From Nitrospira sp. (GTDB lineage Bacteria; Nitrospirota; Nitrospiria; Nitrospirales; Nitrospiraceae), in the NCBI GenBank assembly GCA_035620635.1, contig DASPGL010000204.1, positions 1-45,322 on the forward strand: DNA of 45,322 bases. Direction: 5' to 3'. The number at the start of each line of letters is the position of its first letter. The stretch's first letter is position 1. The position numbers and the translations under genes were made by a program. Below, piece by piece: positions 9,806-20,554 of this stretch. Below the pieces are notes generated by a model. That model had not been told where the DNA came from. It did no database searches and saw only the letters and a list, made by a program, of their open reading frames with translations.

Positions 9806-9946
9806 CTTCCATCTTTCCCTTTGATTTTTCTATAAATTTTTGCTCGCGACGAGCGAGTGTCGCATCAATCAGGCAGGCTGATTTCAGTCTCACGAGGTTA
9901 GCTGAACTCTCGTATCCCCGATGGGCGGCGAGAGGGAGGGGCTATT

Positions 9947-11722
9947 ATGAAACTCACCGGAGCGGAAATTTTCATCGAGTGCCTCAAGCGCGAAGGGGTG
10001 AAGACGGTCTTCGCGCTCCCTGGCGGGGTGGTCTTGAAGATTTTCGATACCCTTCACCAGCAGAAAGATATCGAGATTATCCTGACCCGCCATGAGCAGG
10101 GGGCCGGCCATATGGCCGAAGGGTATGCCAAGGCTACCGGAAAGGCCGGGGTCTGCCTTGTGACATCCGGTCCGGGTATGACCAACGTGATTACGGCGCT
10201 GGCCGATGCCTACATGGATTCGGTCCCGCTGGTCTGTTTCAGCGGCCAGGTGCCGACCAGCCTCATCGGCAACGATGCGTTTCAGGAGGCCGACAACGTC
10301 GGGTTGAGCCGACCCTGCACAAAGTACAACTTTCTCGTCAAAGACGTGAATGATCTGTCGTCGACGATCAAAGAGGCCTTCTATATCGCGACGACCGGGA
10401 GGCCGGGCCCGGTGTTAGTCGATATTCCCAAGGATGTGTCGATGGCGAAAGCGGAGTTCCACTATCCGAATTCCGTTTCGATTCGAGGATACAATCCGAC
10501 CTACGACGGTAACAAGTGGCAGATCAAGCAGGCTGCGGAAGCGATTACCAGGGCCAAGAAGCCGATTCTCTACGTGGGGGGCGGCGTCGTGTTCTCCGGC
10601 GCCTCACAGGAATTGCTAGAACTGGCCGAGATGACCCAGATTCCGGTCGATATGACGCTGATGGGGCTCGGCGCCTTCCCCGGCGAGCATCCGCTGTCCC
10701 TGGGTATGCTGGGGATGCACGGCACGTATCAGGCGAATATGGCGATGCATTATTCCGATCTCGTGATCGGGGTTGGAGCGCGATTCGACGACCGGGTGAC
10801 CGGCAAAGTGTCGGAGTTCTGTCCTTTCGCCAAGATCATTCACATCGACATCGATCCGACGTCGATCCGGAAGAACATCCATGTCGATATTCCCATCGTG
10901 GGGGATTGTAAGTCGGTGCTCCGTGAGTTGAATCAGATTCTCCGCGCGACGGTGAACGGGGAACAGAAAGACCTCCGGAAGCCCTGGTGGGATCAAATTC
11001 ACGCGTGGCGTCAGGCCCATCCGTTGAGGTATCACCAGGAGCAGAACGGGCCGATCAAGCCGCAGCAGGTGGTGAAGCGGCTCTATGAACTGACGAAGGA
11101 TCGTGATCCGATCGTCTCGACGGACGTCGGCCAGCACCAGATGTGGGCCGCCCAGTACTTCAAGTTGGCGAAGCCGAACCGGTGGCTCACGTCGGGCGGA
11201 CTGGGGACGATGGGCTTCGGGTTTCCCGCCGCCATGGGCGCGCAGGCCGCATTCCGCGATCGCCTGGTCCTCTGCATTGCGGGAGACGGCAGCATTCAGA
11301 TGAACATGCAGGAAATGGCGACGGCCGTGGTGAGCAAGCTTCCGGTCAAGATCATCATCCTGAATAACCGCTTCCACGGCATGGTGCGCCAATGGCAGGA
11401 TCTCTTCTATGAAGGGCGCTATGCTTCGAGCTATCTGGATACGACGCCGGATTTCGTGAAATTGGCCGAAGCCTACGGCGCGGTCGGGTTGCGGGCCTCG
11501 AAAGTGGCGGACCTCGACAGTGTGCTGAAGGAGGCTCTGGAGACGAATAAGCCCGTCATCGTGGATGTCCCGACCTATCAGTACGAGAACTGTTATCCGA
11601 TGATTCCGGCGGGCGGCTGCAACCATGAGATGATTCTGGAAGATCCACCGGAGTTGAAGAAGAAACAGACCGGCGCGGCGCCGGTCACGCCGGAAGACAA
11701 GGACACGGTGCTCACGGCGTAA
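9947..11722 (+). CDS. ilvB: Acetolactate synthase large subunit
   Basis: TRHEQGAGHMAEGYA, TSGPG, GARFDDRVTG, DVGQHQMW, TPP motif GDGS..NN. Confidence 0.97.
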   Translation: MKLTGAEIFIECLKREGVKTVFALPGGVVLKIFDTLHQQKDIEIILTRHEQGAGHMAEGYAKATGKAGVCLVTSGPGMTNVITALADAYMDSVPLVCFSGQVPTSLIGNDAFQEADNVGLSRPCTKYNFLVKDVNDLSSTIKEAFYIATTGRPGPVLVDIPKDVSMAKAEFHYPNSVSIRGYNPTYDGNKWQIKQAAEAITRAKKPILYVGGGVVFSGASQELLELAEMTQIPVDMTLMGLGAFPGEHPLSLGMLGMHGTYQANMAMHYSDLVIGVGARFDDRVTGKVSEFCPFAKIIHIDIDPTSIRKNIHVDIPIVGDCKSVLRELNQILRATVNGEQKDLRKPWWDQIHAWRQAHPLRYHQEQNGPIKPQQVVKRLYELTKDRDPIVSTDVGQHQMWAAQYFKLAKPNRWLTSGGLGTMGFGFPAAMGAQAAFRDRLVLCIAGDGSIQMNMQEMATAVVSKLPVKIIILNNRFHGMVRQWQDLFYEGRYASSYLDTTPDFVKLAEAYGAVGLRASKVADLDSVLKEALETNKPVIVDVPTYQYENCYPMIPAGGCNHEMILEDPPELKKKQTGAAPVTPEDKDTVLTA

Positions 11723-11727
11723 ACAAC

Positions 11728-11797
11728 AGTTTTGAATTGTGAGTGGTGAATGTTGAGTGAGCCGGAAGCTGGCGATTCATCACTCAAGACTAAAAAC
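11728..11797. repeat. AT-rich inverted repeat with 7-nt periodicity (STRR-like)
   Basis: agttttg-aattgtg-agtggtg-aatgttg-agtg ... attcatc-actcaag-actaaaaac; the arms are approximately reverse-complementary. Confidence 0.65.
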
Positions 11798-11808
11798 GAC
11801 TGGTTTCG

Positions 11809-12327
11809 ATGGAACACATCATTTCGGTGACAGTGGAAAATAAGTTCGGTGTGTTGTCCCGGGTGGCGGGGCTTTTCAGCGGCCGCGGGTTCAACATCGA
11901 AAGCCTTTCGGTCGCACCGACGCTCGACCCGTCGATGTCTCAGATGACGATTGTCACATCGGGAGATGAACGGATTATCGAGCAGATCGTCAAGCAGCTG
12001 AACAAGCTGATCGACGCGATCAAGGTGGTGGATCTGAACGAAACGGAATTCGTCTCGCGGGAAACGGCCATCATCAAAGTGCATACGAAAGACGCGGATC
12101 GGGCGGAGGCGCTCAGAATCGTGGATATCTTCCGGGCGAACGTCATCGACTCGACACCGAGCACCTACACGATCGAGGTGTCAGGAGATCCGAAAAAGAT
12201 CGAAGCCATCATCAACCTGTTGCAGCCGCTTGGTATCAAGGAACTGGTCCGCACCGGCCGGGTGGCCGTGGCCAGGGAACCAATCCGTCAGGCTGCCCCG
12301 CAGGCGAAAAAGGCCGCCAGGGAGTAG
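11809..12327 (+). CDS. ilvN: Acetolactate synthase small (regulatory) subunit
   Basis: ACT domain VENKFGVLSRVAGLFSGRGFNIESL, QIVKQLNKLID, ELVRTG. Confidence 0.96.
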   Translation: MEHIISVTVENKFGVLSRVAGLFSGRGFNIESLSVAPTLDPSMSQMTIVTSGDERIIEQIVKQLNKLIDAIKVVDLNETEFVSRETAIIKVHTKDADRAEALRIVDIFRANVIDSTPSTYTIEVSGDPKKIEAIINLLQPLGIKELVRTGRVAVAREPIRQAAPQAKKAARE

Positions 12328-12376
12328 TCTCTGTCTGGGACAGGTCCGATCGGCCGCGTCACAGGAGGCAGCGTAA

Positions 12377-13405
<1,029 letters not shown>

Positions 13406-13411
13406 ACGACC

Positions 13412-14077
13412 ATGTCGGACGCACCTACGATAGACCGTGCCATCGGTGTTCCCTTCGCGAAAGAAGGAATTCCCTTCATTGCGGTTCCCGCCGGCGTTAC
13501 ACTGTTGGCATGGTGGTTCGGCTGGCTGATCGTCGCGCTCGGCGCAGCGGGCCTTACGCTTTTCGTCGCATGGTTCTTCCGAAATCCGGCCAGGGTTGTG
13601 CCGCAGGGCCCTCATCTTGTCGTGGCACCCGGTGACGGGAAAGTCATTGCGATCGAAGAGGAGTTCGAGCCGCGCTATCTGAAAGAACGGTGTATCCGGC
13701 TGACGATTTTCCTGAACGTGTTCAATGTGCATATCAACCGGATGCCCTGTGACGGAGTCGTCGAAGACGTGCAGTATCAGCCGGGGCAATTCCTGGTGGC
13801 CAGCAAGCCGGAAGCGACGTTGAGGAATGAACAGAACGCCTTGATGATCAGGACGGTGGAAGGTGCGAAGGTGTTGTGTGTGCAGGTCGCGGGGTTGATC
13901 GCCCGGCGCATCGTCTGTTGGATTTCCGGACAGGCCCGGGCTGTTCGGGGCGAGCGGTTCGGGCTGATCCGTTTCGGATCTCGGATGGACACGTTTCTTC
14001 CGGTCGACACGCAGCTTCGAGTGGCGGTAGGAGACAAGGTCTCAGGCGGAGAAACCATCCTGGGAGTGCTTCGATGA
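13412..14077 (+). CDS. psd: Phosphatidylserine decarboxylase proenzyme (short type)
   Basis: N-terminal membrane anchor, WFFRNP, APGDGKV, FNVHINRMP, VAGLIARRI, FGSR cleavage motif. Confidence 0.93.
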   Translation: MSDAPTIDRAIGVPFAKEGIPFIAVPAGVTLLAWWFGWLIVALGAAGLTLFVAWFFRNPARVVPQGPHLVVAPGDGKVIAIEEEFEPRYLKERCIRLTIFLNVFNVHINRMPCDGVVEDVQYQPGQFLVASKPEATLRNEQNALMIRTVEGAKVLCVQVAGLIARRIVCWISGQARAVRGERFGLIRFGSRMDTFLPVDTQLRVAVGDKVSGGETILGVLR

Positions 14078-14880
14078 AGACCTCCGGTTTCAAGAATTCG
14101 TTCGGGAAAGATGGAAAGCGGCGCAAGGCGGCCATGCATCTGATCCCGAATCTGTTCACCACCGGCAATTTGTTCTGCGGGGTCTATGCGATTCTGTCGG
14201 TCTTCAACGCCAACTATCTGGCGGCGGCGATTGCGATTCTCGTCGCCATGATCTTTGACGTGCTTGACGGCAAATCGGCCAGACTGACCAACAGTACCAG
14301 TCATTTCGGCCTGGAGTACGACTCCCTGTCCGATGTGGTCTCGTTCGGAGTGGCGCCGGGATTGCTGATTTATTCCTGGGCGCTGAGCGGGCAAGGCACG
14401 TTCGGGGTGGCGGTGATGTTTGCGTATGTGGCCATGGGTGCGGTACGGCTGGCTCGCTTCAATTCGACGGTGGCCCTGTCGGACGGCAAGTACTTCACCG
14501 GTCTGGCGATTCCAGCGGCGGCGGGAGTCGTGGCCTCGCTGGTCGTGTTCGATCATCACATTGTACGGATGGGCGCGGAGGTGAAGCCGGTCTTCGTCTT
14601 GATCATCACCCTTACGCTCTCCTTCCTGATGGTCAGCACGATCAAGTACCGCAGCTTCAAGGACCTCAAGTTCAAGGGGCGCCAGCAGATCACCTATCTC
14701 GTCTGGGGAATCCTGGCGCTGATGATGGTGGCGGCCTGGCCCCAGGTGATGTTATTCGTGATCTTTGCCGGTTATGCGTTGCTGGGTCCGGTGGAGCGGA
14801 TGTTCTGGATCCTTGCACGAGCGATCGGGAAAAAGGGCGTCGGCAAGCCGGACCTGCCGCCACTCGAGTCGAAATCGTAG
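14074..14880 (+). CDS. pssA: CDP-diacylglycerol--serine O-phosphatidyltransferase
   Basis: LIPNLFT, CDP-alcohol phosphotransferase motif DVLDGKSARLT..FGLEYDSLSDVVSFGVAP, RLARFN; ATGA overlap with psd. Confidence 0.94.
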   Translation: MKTSGFKNSFGKDGKRRKAAMHLIPNLFTTGNLFCGVYAILSVFNANYLAAAIAILVAMIFDVLDGKSARLTNSTSHFGLEYDSLSDVVSFGVAPGLLIYSWALSGQGTFGVAVMFAYVAMGAVRLARFNSTVALSDGKYFTGLAIPAAAGVVASLVVFDHHIVRMGAEVKPVFVLIITLTLSFLMVSTIKYRSFKDLKFKGRQQITYLVWGILALMMVAAWPQVMLFVIFAGYALLGPVERMFWILARAIGKKGVGKPDLPPLESKS

Positions 14881-14927
14881 GCGGATCGTCGAACTGAGTC
14901 CGGTGTGCGGTCTGGCACAGTGTGAAC

Positions 14928-15183
14928 GTGGCGACGACGAGGAGTAGTACGCGGAACGCCCGGATCCGAGAGAGCTGGTGGACGGTGCAAACCAGCCCGG
15001 GAGTCGCAGAACTCGCCTCTGAGCCGAGTCCCTGAACGACGAGTAGGGGATTCCGCCCCGCCCCCGTGAACGGGCGCAATGAAGAGCTCCGAACGACGGC
15101 GTTATCGGAGCTGAAACAGGGTGGTACCACGGAGCGCGTTGAGCCTTCGTCCCTGGGCATAGGGCCGAAGGCTTTTGTGTTTT
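14928..15183 (+). ncRNA. T-box riboswitch, leucine-specific (specifier CUC), transcriptional attenuator of leuA
   Basis: Stem I with GA motif, AGTA loop-E, AGAGAG bulge and GGTG apical loop; specifier GAA-CTC (15009-15014); stem II; stem III (15085-15112); T-box AACAGGG-TGGTACC-ACGG (15115-15132); antiterminator pairing CAGGG/CCCTG; overlapping terminator. Confidence 0.92.
15142..15183 (+). terminator. Intrinsic terminator of the T-box leader
   Basis: AGCCTTCG-TCCCTG-ggca-TAGGGC-CGAAGGCT hairpin followed by TTTGTGTTTT. Confidence 0.88.
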
Positions 15184-15209
15184 ATGGCGGTAGGCAGAGA
15201 GGTGACAAG

Positions 15210-16757
15210 ATGACGCGCATGATCAGAATTTTCGATACGACGTTGCGGGACGGCGAGCAGTCGCCCGGAGCCAGCATGAATGTGGAAGAGAAAGTGATGG
15301 TGGCCAAGCAACTGGCCCGGCTCGGGGTTGACATTATCGAGGCCGGATTTGCCTACAGTTCTCCGGGAGATTTCGAAGCCGTGCGCCGGATCGCGCAGGA
15401 GGTCGAGGGGCCGGCCATTTGCAGCCTGGCGCGGGCGCGTCCCGAAGACATCGACCGGGCGTGGGAGGCGCTGAAGGGGGCGCCCAAGGTCCGGATCCAC
15501 ACGTTTCTGTCGACCTCCGACATCCATTTGAAGCACCAGTTCCGGATGACGCGCGAGCAGGCCAAACAGCGTGCCGTGGATATGGTGCAGCGGGCTCGAG
15601 GTTACGTCGATAACGTCGAATTTTCCCCGATGGATGCCAGCCGATCGGATCCGTCGTTTCTCTACGAAGTCATCGAGGCGGTCATTGCCGCCGGCGCAGG
15701 CACCGTCAATATTCCCGACACGGTGGGCTATGCGGTGCCGCAGGAGTTCGGTGCGTTGATCAAAGGGATCTGCGACAAAGTGCCGAACGCCAAAGATGCG
15801 GTAATCTCCGTCCATTGCCACAACGATCTGGGGGTTGCCGTGGCGAACAGCCTGGCGGCGATCATCAACGGGGCGGGGCAGGTTGAGTGTACGATCAACG
15901 GAATCGGGGAACGGGCCGGGAATACCTCGCTGGAAGAAGTCGTCATGGGACTTCGGACCCGAAAGGATTTCTATCAGGCGGATACCCGGATCAGGACGGA
16001 GGAGATTGCCAAGACGAGCCGTCTCGTCAGCAAGATTACAGGCATGGTGGTTCAGCCGAACAAGGCCATCGTCGGAGCCAACGCCTTTGCGCATACGTCC
16101 GGCATCCACCAGGACGGTCTGCTGAAAGAAAAAACGACATACGAGATCATGCGGCCTGAATCGATCGGCTTAGTGGAGAGCAAAATGGTCATGGGGAAAT
16201 TGTCCGGCCGCCACGCCTTCCGGCAGCGCTTGGAGGAATTGGGCTACAGGCTTAATGAAGAAGAGATCAACCACGCATTCGAGCGGTTCAAGAAGCTGGC
16301 TGATCACAAGAAAGAGATCTTTGAAGAAGATCTCGAGGTCATTGTGTCCGAAGAGTTGGCCAAGATGGCGGACCGTATCACCTTGAAATCATTTCACGTC
16401 GCGAGCGGAACGGATCAGGTCCCCACGGCCACGGTCGAACTGGAAATCGACGGCAAGCCCATCACTCAGACCGGAACAGGCGATGGGCCGGTGGACGCCG
16501 TCTATCGCACCATTGCGGCGATCACCCAGACCAGGAGCAAGTTGCTCATGTACGTCGTAAAGGCCATCACCGGCGGGACAGACGCGCAAGGCGAAGTCTC
16601 CGTGAGGGTGCAGGAAGACGGACGGACGGTGTCGGGACACGGAGCCGATACCGACATCATTACCGCATCGGCTCGCGCCTATCTGAGTGCCTTGAACAAG
16701 CTGGCCTATTTGGCGGTGAAGCAGGCACAGGGGGAGCAAAAGGTCAACTTGATTTGA
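15210..16757 (+). CDS. leuA: 2-isopropylmalate synthase
   Basis: [42 protein letters not shown]-terminal regulatory domain GDGPVDA..GGTDAQG; RBS GAGGTG before ATG 15210. Confidence 0.97.
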   Translation: MTRMIRIFDTTLRDGEQSPGASMNVEEKVMVAKQLARLGVDIIEAGFAYSSPGDFEAVRRIAQEVEGPAICSLARARPEDIDRAWEALKGAPKVRIHTFLSTSDIHLKHQFRMTREQAKQRAVDMVQRARGYVDNVEFSPMDASRSDPSFLYEVIEAVIAAGAGTVNIPDTVGYAVPQEFGALIKGICDKVPNAKDAVISVHCHNDLGVAVANSLAAIINGAGQVECTINGIGERAGNTSLEEVVMGLRTRKDFYQADTRIRTEEIAKTSRLVSKITGMVVQPNKAIVGANAFAHTSGIHQDGLLKEKTTYEIMRPESIGLVESKMVMGKLSGRHAFRQRLEELGYRLNEEEINHAFERFKKLADHKKEIFEEDLEVIVSEELAKMADRITLKSFHVASGTDQVPTATVELEIDGKPITQTGTGDGPVDAVYRTIAAITQTRSKLLMYVVKAITGGTDAQGEVSVRVQEDGRTVSGHGADTDIITASARAYLSALNKLAYLAVKQAQGEQKVNLI

Positions 16758-16824
16758 CGGGTGAGGCCACTGTACAGTCAGCTTCTCATATTGGCTGCAT
16801 CAGCGGCTCGAAGAGGACCCTCGC

Positions 16825-17187
16825 TTGTTCAAGGTAACGCCAGCGGATCGGCCGGTCTTTCTGGCCGGTGACCATACCAACCTTCGCGAGATCTTCCATC
16901 CTGCCAAGCACCAGCTGAAACTGGGCTATAGCCTCGCGCACGGCACACTGGCACCCGGCCAGCGGTCCAAATGGCATGTACTGGCGTCTTCGGAGGTCTA
17001 TTACTTCATTGCCGGCTACGGGCGGTTCATGCTGGATGATCAGGTGGTGCCGGTCGAAGCCGGCACCACGTTGTATGTGCCTCCGGGTGGAAAGCAGTCA
17101 CTGGAGAATAACGGGTCGAAGGAGATGGAATTCCTGTGTCTGGTCGATCCGGCCTGGAAGGCCGAAGATGAAACGGTGCTGGAGTAA
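16825..17187 (+). CDS. Cupin-domain protein (Cupin_2)
   Basis: [20 protein letters not shown] and [17 protein letters not shown] cupin motifs, FLCLVDPAW; RBS GAGGA before TTG. Confidence 0.85.
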   Translation: MFKVTPADRPVFLAGDHTNLREIFHPAKHQLKLGYSLAHGTLAPGQRSKWHVLASSEVYYFIAGYGRFMLDDQVVPVEAGTTLYVPPGGKQSLENNGSKEMEFLCLVDPAWKAEDETVLE

Positions 17188-17224
17188 GGGATCGGGGTCC
17201 GGCGAGGGGGAAGGAGAGCCTGAC

Positions 17225-18298
17225 GTGAACGCGAAGATTGCGGTGCTGGCCGGCGACGGGGTGGGGCGAGAGATCGTCCCCGAGGCGGTCAAGGTGTTGA
17301 GGGCGATCGGAGAGCAGTATCATCACTCCTTTCAGTTCGTGCCCGCCGACATCGGAGGACAGGCGATCGATAAGGTAGGCGTGCCGCTGCCACAGGATAC
17401 GCTGACGCTCGCGAAGCAGAGCGATGCAGTCCTGCTGGGCGCAGTGGGCGGTCCGAAATGGGAAGGGTTGGAGTACAGTCTCAGGCCGGAACGGGCGTTG
17501 CTCGGTATCCGGGAGGCGTTGGGCCTCTATGCCAATCTCCGTCCGGCGAAGGTCTATGACAATCTTGTGGATGCGTCCACGTTGAAGCGCGAGGTCATCG
17601 AGGGGATCGACATCCTCGTGATCCGGGAACTGACCGGCGGGATCTATTTCGGGAAACCCAAAGGCATCGAGAAACTTCCGACGGGCGAAGAACGGGGCGT
17701 GAACACCGAGGTCTACACGACGGAGGAAATCCGGCGCATCGCCAGGGTGGCGTTCGAGGCCGCACGGAAGCGGCGCAAGAAGGTCACATCGGTGGACAAG
17801 GCGAACGTATTGGAGTCGTCGGAACTGTGGCGGAAGGTCGTGGTGGATGTCCATCGGAGTTATCCTGACGTCGAGTTGGGGCATATCTACGTCGATAATG
17901 CGGCGATGCAGCTGGTGCGGAACCCGCGACAGTTCGACGTGTTGCTCTGCAACAATATGTTCGGCGATATTCTCAGCGATGAGGCGGCCATGTTGACCGG
18001 CTCGATCGGGATGCTGCCTTCGGCGAGTATCGGCGCCAGAGTCGGCCTGTTCGAACCGATCCATGGCAGCGCACCGGACATCGCGGGGAAAAACATCGCC
18101 AATCCGATCGCGACCATCGCCTCGGCGGCGATGATGTTGTCCTATGCGTTCCAGCTCGACAAGGAGGCTCAAGTCGTCGAGCAGGCCATCGTGAAGACTC
18201 TTGATCTCGGGTACCGGACAAGAGACATCCAGAGTCCCGGGGCCAGAGTCGTCGGGACGGCAGAAATGGGCGACGCGATTCTCCGGAATCTCATGTGA
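17225..18298 (+). CDS. leuB: 3-isopropylmalate dehydrogenase
   Basis: [61 protein letters not shown]; GTG start after AAGGAG. Confidence 0.97.
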   Translation: MNAKIAVLAGDGVGREIVPEAVKVLRAIGEQYHHSFQFVPADIGGQAIDKVGVPLPQDTLTLAKQSDAVLLGAVGGPKWEGLEYSLRPERALLGIREALGLYANLRPAKVYDNLVDASTLKREVIEGIDILVIRELTGGIYFGKPKGIEKLPTGEERGVNTEVYTTEEIRRIARVAFEAARKRRKKVTSVDKANVLESSELWRKVVVDVHRSYPDVELGHIYVDNAAMQLVRNPRQFDVLLCNNMFGDILSDEAAMLTGSIGMLPSASIGARVGLFEPIHGSAPDIAGKNIANPIATIASAAMMLSYAFQLDKEAQVVEQAIVKTLDLGYRTRDIQSPGARVVGTAEMGDAILRNLM

Positions 18299-18311
18299 TG
18301 CAGGCGGGCGA

Positions 18312-19517
18312 ATGAGCACTGCGGTCAGAAGCAGTACCATCCACACGGTGGCTGGAACCGGCGAGAGCGGCTTCTCCGGCGACGGCGGCAGGGCCGTGGT
18401 CGCCTGTCTCAATGAACCCAACGCCGTGACGCTGGATGGACAGGGCCATCTTCTCATCGCCGATTCTGAAAATCATGTGGTGCGGAAGGTCGATCGCATC
18501 ACCGGAGTCATCACGACGATTGCCGGAGACCTGCCTCCGGACTCTCCGCAGGCGAACCCTGAGTCGCTGCCGTCCGGGCCAATTACCGGGTCTGAAGATC
18601 CATTCGGTGAGCCTCAGACGGCGGGCACTCATGCGTTTGCCCAACGGGCGGATTTGAGTGGCACTGTGAGGTATGTCGTCAATGGAGCCGGGACGGCAGA
18701 TCGATTCGGCGGTGACGGCGGCCCTGCAGGCATGGCACAGCTGAATTTTCCGACTGCCGTCGTGGTCGATCAAGCGGGACATGTATACATTGCCGATACC
18801 CTGAACCATCGAGTGCGCAGGATTGACGCGACGAACGGCCGGATAACGACGATTGCTGGCACCGGCCGGCCACGGTCCGGGGGAGACGGGGGTCCGGCTG
18901 TCCTGGCTGGCCTCAATGAGCCGACCGCCCTGGCCGTCAGCGCGTCGGGAGTCTTGTACGTCGCCGATCAGAGCAACAATCTTGTCCGGGCGATCGACCT
19001 GACAAACGGATTCATTCGCACGGTCGCCGGTATCGGATCGGCTGCCTATAATGGAGATGGGATTCCCGCGACTGAGGCTGCACTGGCTGGTCCGAGCGGG
19101 CTCGCGCTCGCGGAGGACGGCACCCTCTATATCGCCGATACCTTCAACGGGAGGATCCGTGCCGTGGATCCTACGACCGGCCTGATCCGGACGGTCGTGG
19201 GAGACGGCGGCCTGTATCGGTATGAAGGTGCGGCCGAACCTCCTTCAGCAAGCCTGGCGAGGCCTGCGGGTATTGCGCTGGATAATGAGGGCAACCTGTT
19301 TATTACGGACTCCGACAACCATTTGGTTCGTCGGTGGAATCCAAGCACGGGCAGGCTCGAACGGCTGGCTGGAGTGGGGGTGGCCGGCTATGACGGCGAC
19401 GGAGGACCGTCGCCGGAGGCGTGCCTCAACTATCCGTTCGGTGTCGCCGTGGATCGGGAAGGGGCGGTCTTCATCGCCGATACTTTCAATCATCGGATAC
19501 GCAAACTCGTGCTCTAG
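18312..19517 (+). CDS. NHL-repeat beta-propeller protein, no signal peptide
   Basis: About six repeats of G.G..G..GDGG.A..A.LN.P..(L/V)A.D..G.LYIAD..N..(I/V)R. Confidence 0.88.
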   Translation: MSTAVRSSTIHTVAGTGESGFSGDGGRAVVACLNEPNAVTLDGQGHLLIADSENHVVRKVDRITGVITTIAGDLPPDSPQANPESLPSGPITGSEDPFGEPQTAGTHAFAQRADLSGTVRYVVNGAGTADRFGGDGGPAGMAQLNFPTAVVVDQAGHVYIADTLNHRVRRIDATNGRITTIAGTGRPRSGGDGGPAVLAGLNEPTALAVSASGVLYVADQSNNLVRAIDLTNGFIRTVAGIGSAAYNGDGIPATEAALAGPSGLALAEDGTLYIADTFNGRIRAVDPTTGLIRTVVGDGGLYRYEGAAEPPSASLARPAGIALDNEGNLFITDSDNHLVRRWNPSTGRLERLAGVGVAGYDGDGGPSPEACLNYPFGVAVDREGAVFIADTFNHRIRKLVL

Positions 19518-19531
19518 AGAGGCGGATATCG

Positions 19532-20554
19532 ATGCTGAAGAAGAAATCAACATATGTGATGGCCATCCTCGGCGCAACCGGGGCGGTCGGGAAGGAGACA
19601 CTGGAGATCCTTGAGGAGCGCAAGTTTCCCTTGGCATCGCTCCGCCTGTTCGCTTCGAAACGGTCGGCGGGAGGGACCCTGTCGTGCCAGGGAACAGAAT
19701 GGACGATCGAGGAGTTGACCCCCGAGTCCTCCTTCGAGGGGGTGGACTTCGTTCTGATCTCGGCCACGGATGCGATCAGCCGCGAATACGGGCAGCGGTT
19801 GGGTGCCGCGGGTGTCGTGGTCATCGACGATAGCGGTGTCTTCCGGATGGAACCCGATGTCCCGCTGGTTGTGCCGGAAGTGAACGCTCAGGCGCTGCGG
19901 TCGATGCCTCGCGGTATCGTGGCGATTCCCAACTGCACGACGACGCCGCTGGTCATGGCGCTCAAACCTCTGCACCAGGCGGTGGGCGTGAAGCGGGTGG
20001 TGGTCACGACATTTCAATCGGTATCGGGGACCGGCGCGGCGGCGATGGATGAATTGATGGATCAGACGAAGGATCTGATGGCCTTTCGCGACGTCAAGGC
20101 CGAGGTCTATCCCTATCAGATCGCCTTCAATCTGTTGCCGCATATCGGGTCGTTCAACGACGGCGGCGATTGCTCGGAGGAAGTGAAAATCGTGAAGGAA
20201 ACCAGAAAGATCTTGGGAGCCCCGGCGCTACGTGTGACAGCGACGACCGTCCGGGTGCCGGTGCTGCGCTGCCATTCCGAAGCGATCAACGTCGAACTGG
20301 AACGGCCATTGAAGGCCAATGAGGCACGTGCGGCGCTGGCGGCGATGCCGGGGGTCATCGTGTACGACGATCCGGTGAAGAAACTCTATCCCATGCCGTT
20401 GGACGCAACGGGGAAAGACGAGGTCTTCATCGGCCGGGTGCGTGAGGACGAATCGATCACGAACGGCCTCAACCTCTGGGTTGTCTCCGACAATCTGCGC
20501 AAGGGCGCGGCGCTGAATGCGATTCAGATCGCCGAATGTCTGGTGAAGGGCTAG
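19532..20554 (+). CDS. asd: Aspartate-semialdehyde dehydrogenase
   Basis: GATGAVG, VPLVVPEVN, PNCTT catalytic Cys, QSVSGTG, RVPV..HSE, DNLRKGAALNAIQIAE. Confidence 0.96.
   Translation: MLKKKSTYVMAILGATGAVGKETLEILEERKFPLASLRLFASKRSAGGTLSCQGTEWTIEELTPESSFEGVDFVLISATDAISREYGQRLGAAGVVVIDDSGVFRMEPDVPLVVPEVNAQALRSMPRGIVAIPNCTTTPLVMALKPLHQAVGVKRVVVTTFQSVSGTGAAAMDELMDQTKDLMAFRDVKAEVYPYQIAFNLLPHIGSFNDGGDCSEEVKIVKETRKILGAPALRVTATTVRVPVLRCHSEAINVELERPLKANEARAALAAMPGVIVYDDPVKKLYPMPLDATGKDEVFIGRVREDESITNGLNLWVVSDNLRKGAALNAIQIAECLVKG

Noticed and set aside
13412-14880. Phospholipid genes psd-pssA inside the ilv-leu cluster as a novelty
   Set aside because: The ilvBNC-psd-pssA-leuA order is a known arrangement in several proteobacterial groups.
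15066-15209. N-terminal extension of LeuA or a leader peptide
   Set aside because: The region is the T-box stem III, antiterminator and terminator; the RBS supports ATG 15210.
17027-18457. 476-aa antisense ORF over leuB, and similar long antisense ORFs over ilvB, leuA, mreB/C, mrdA and topA
   Set aside because: All lie opposite well-conserved genes and have Arg/His/Pro-rich, non-protein-like composition.
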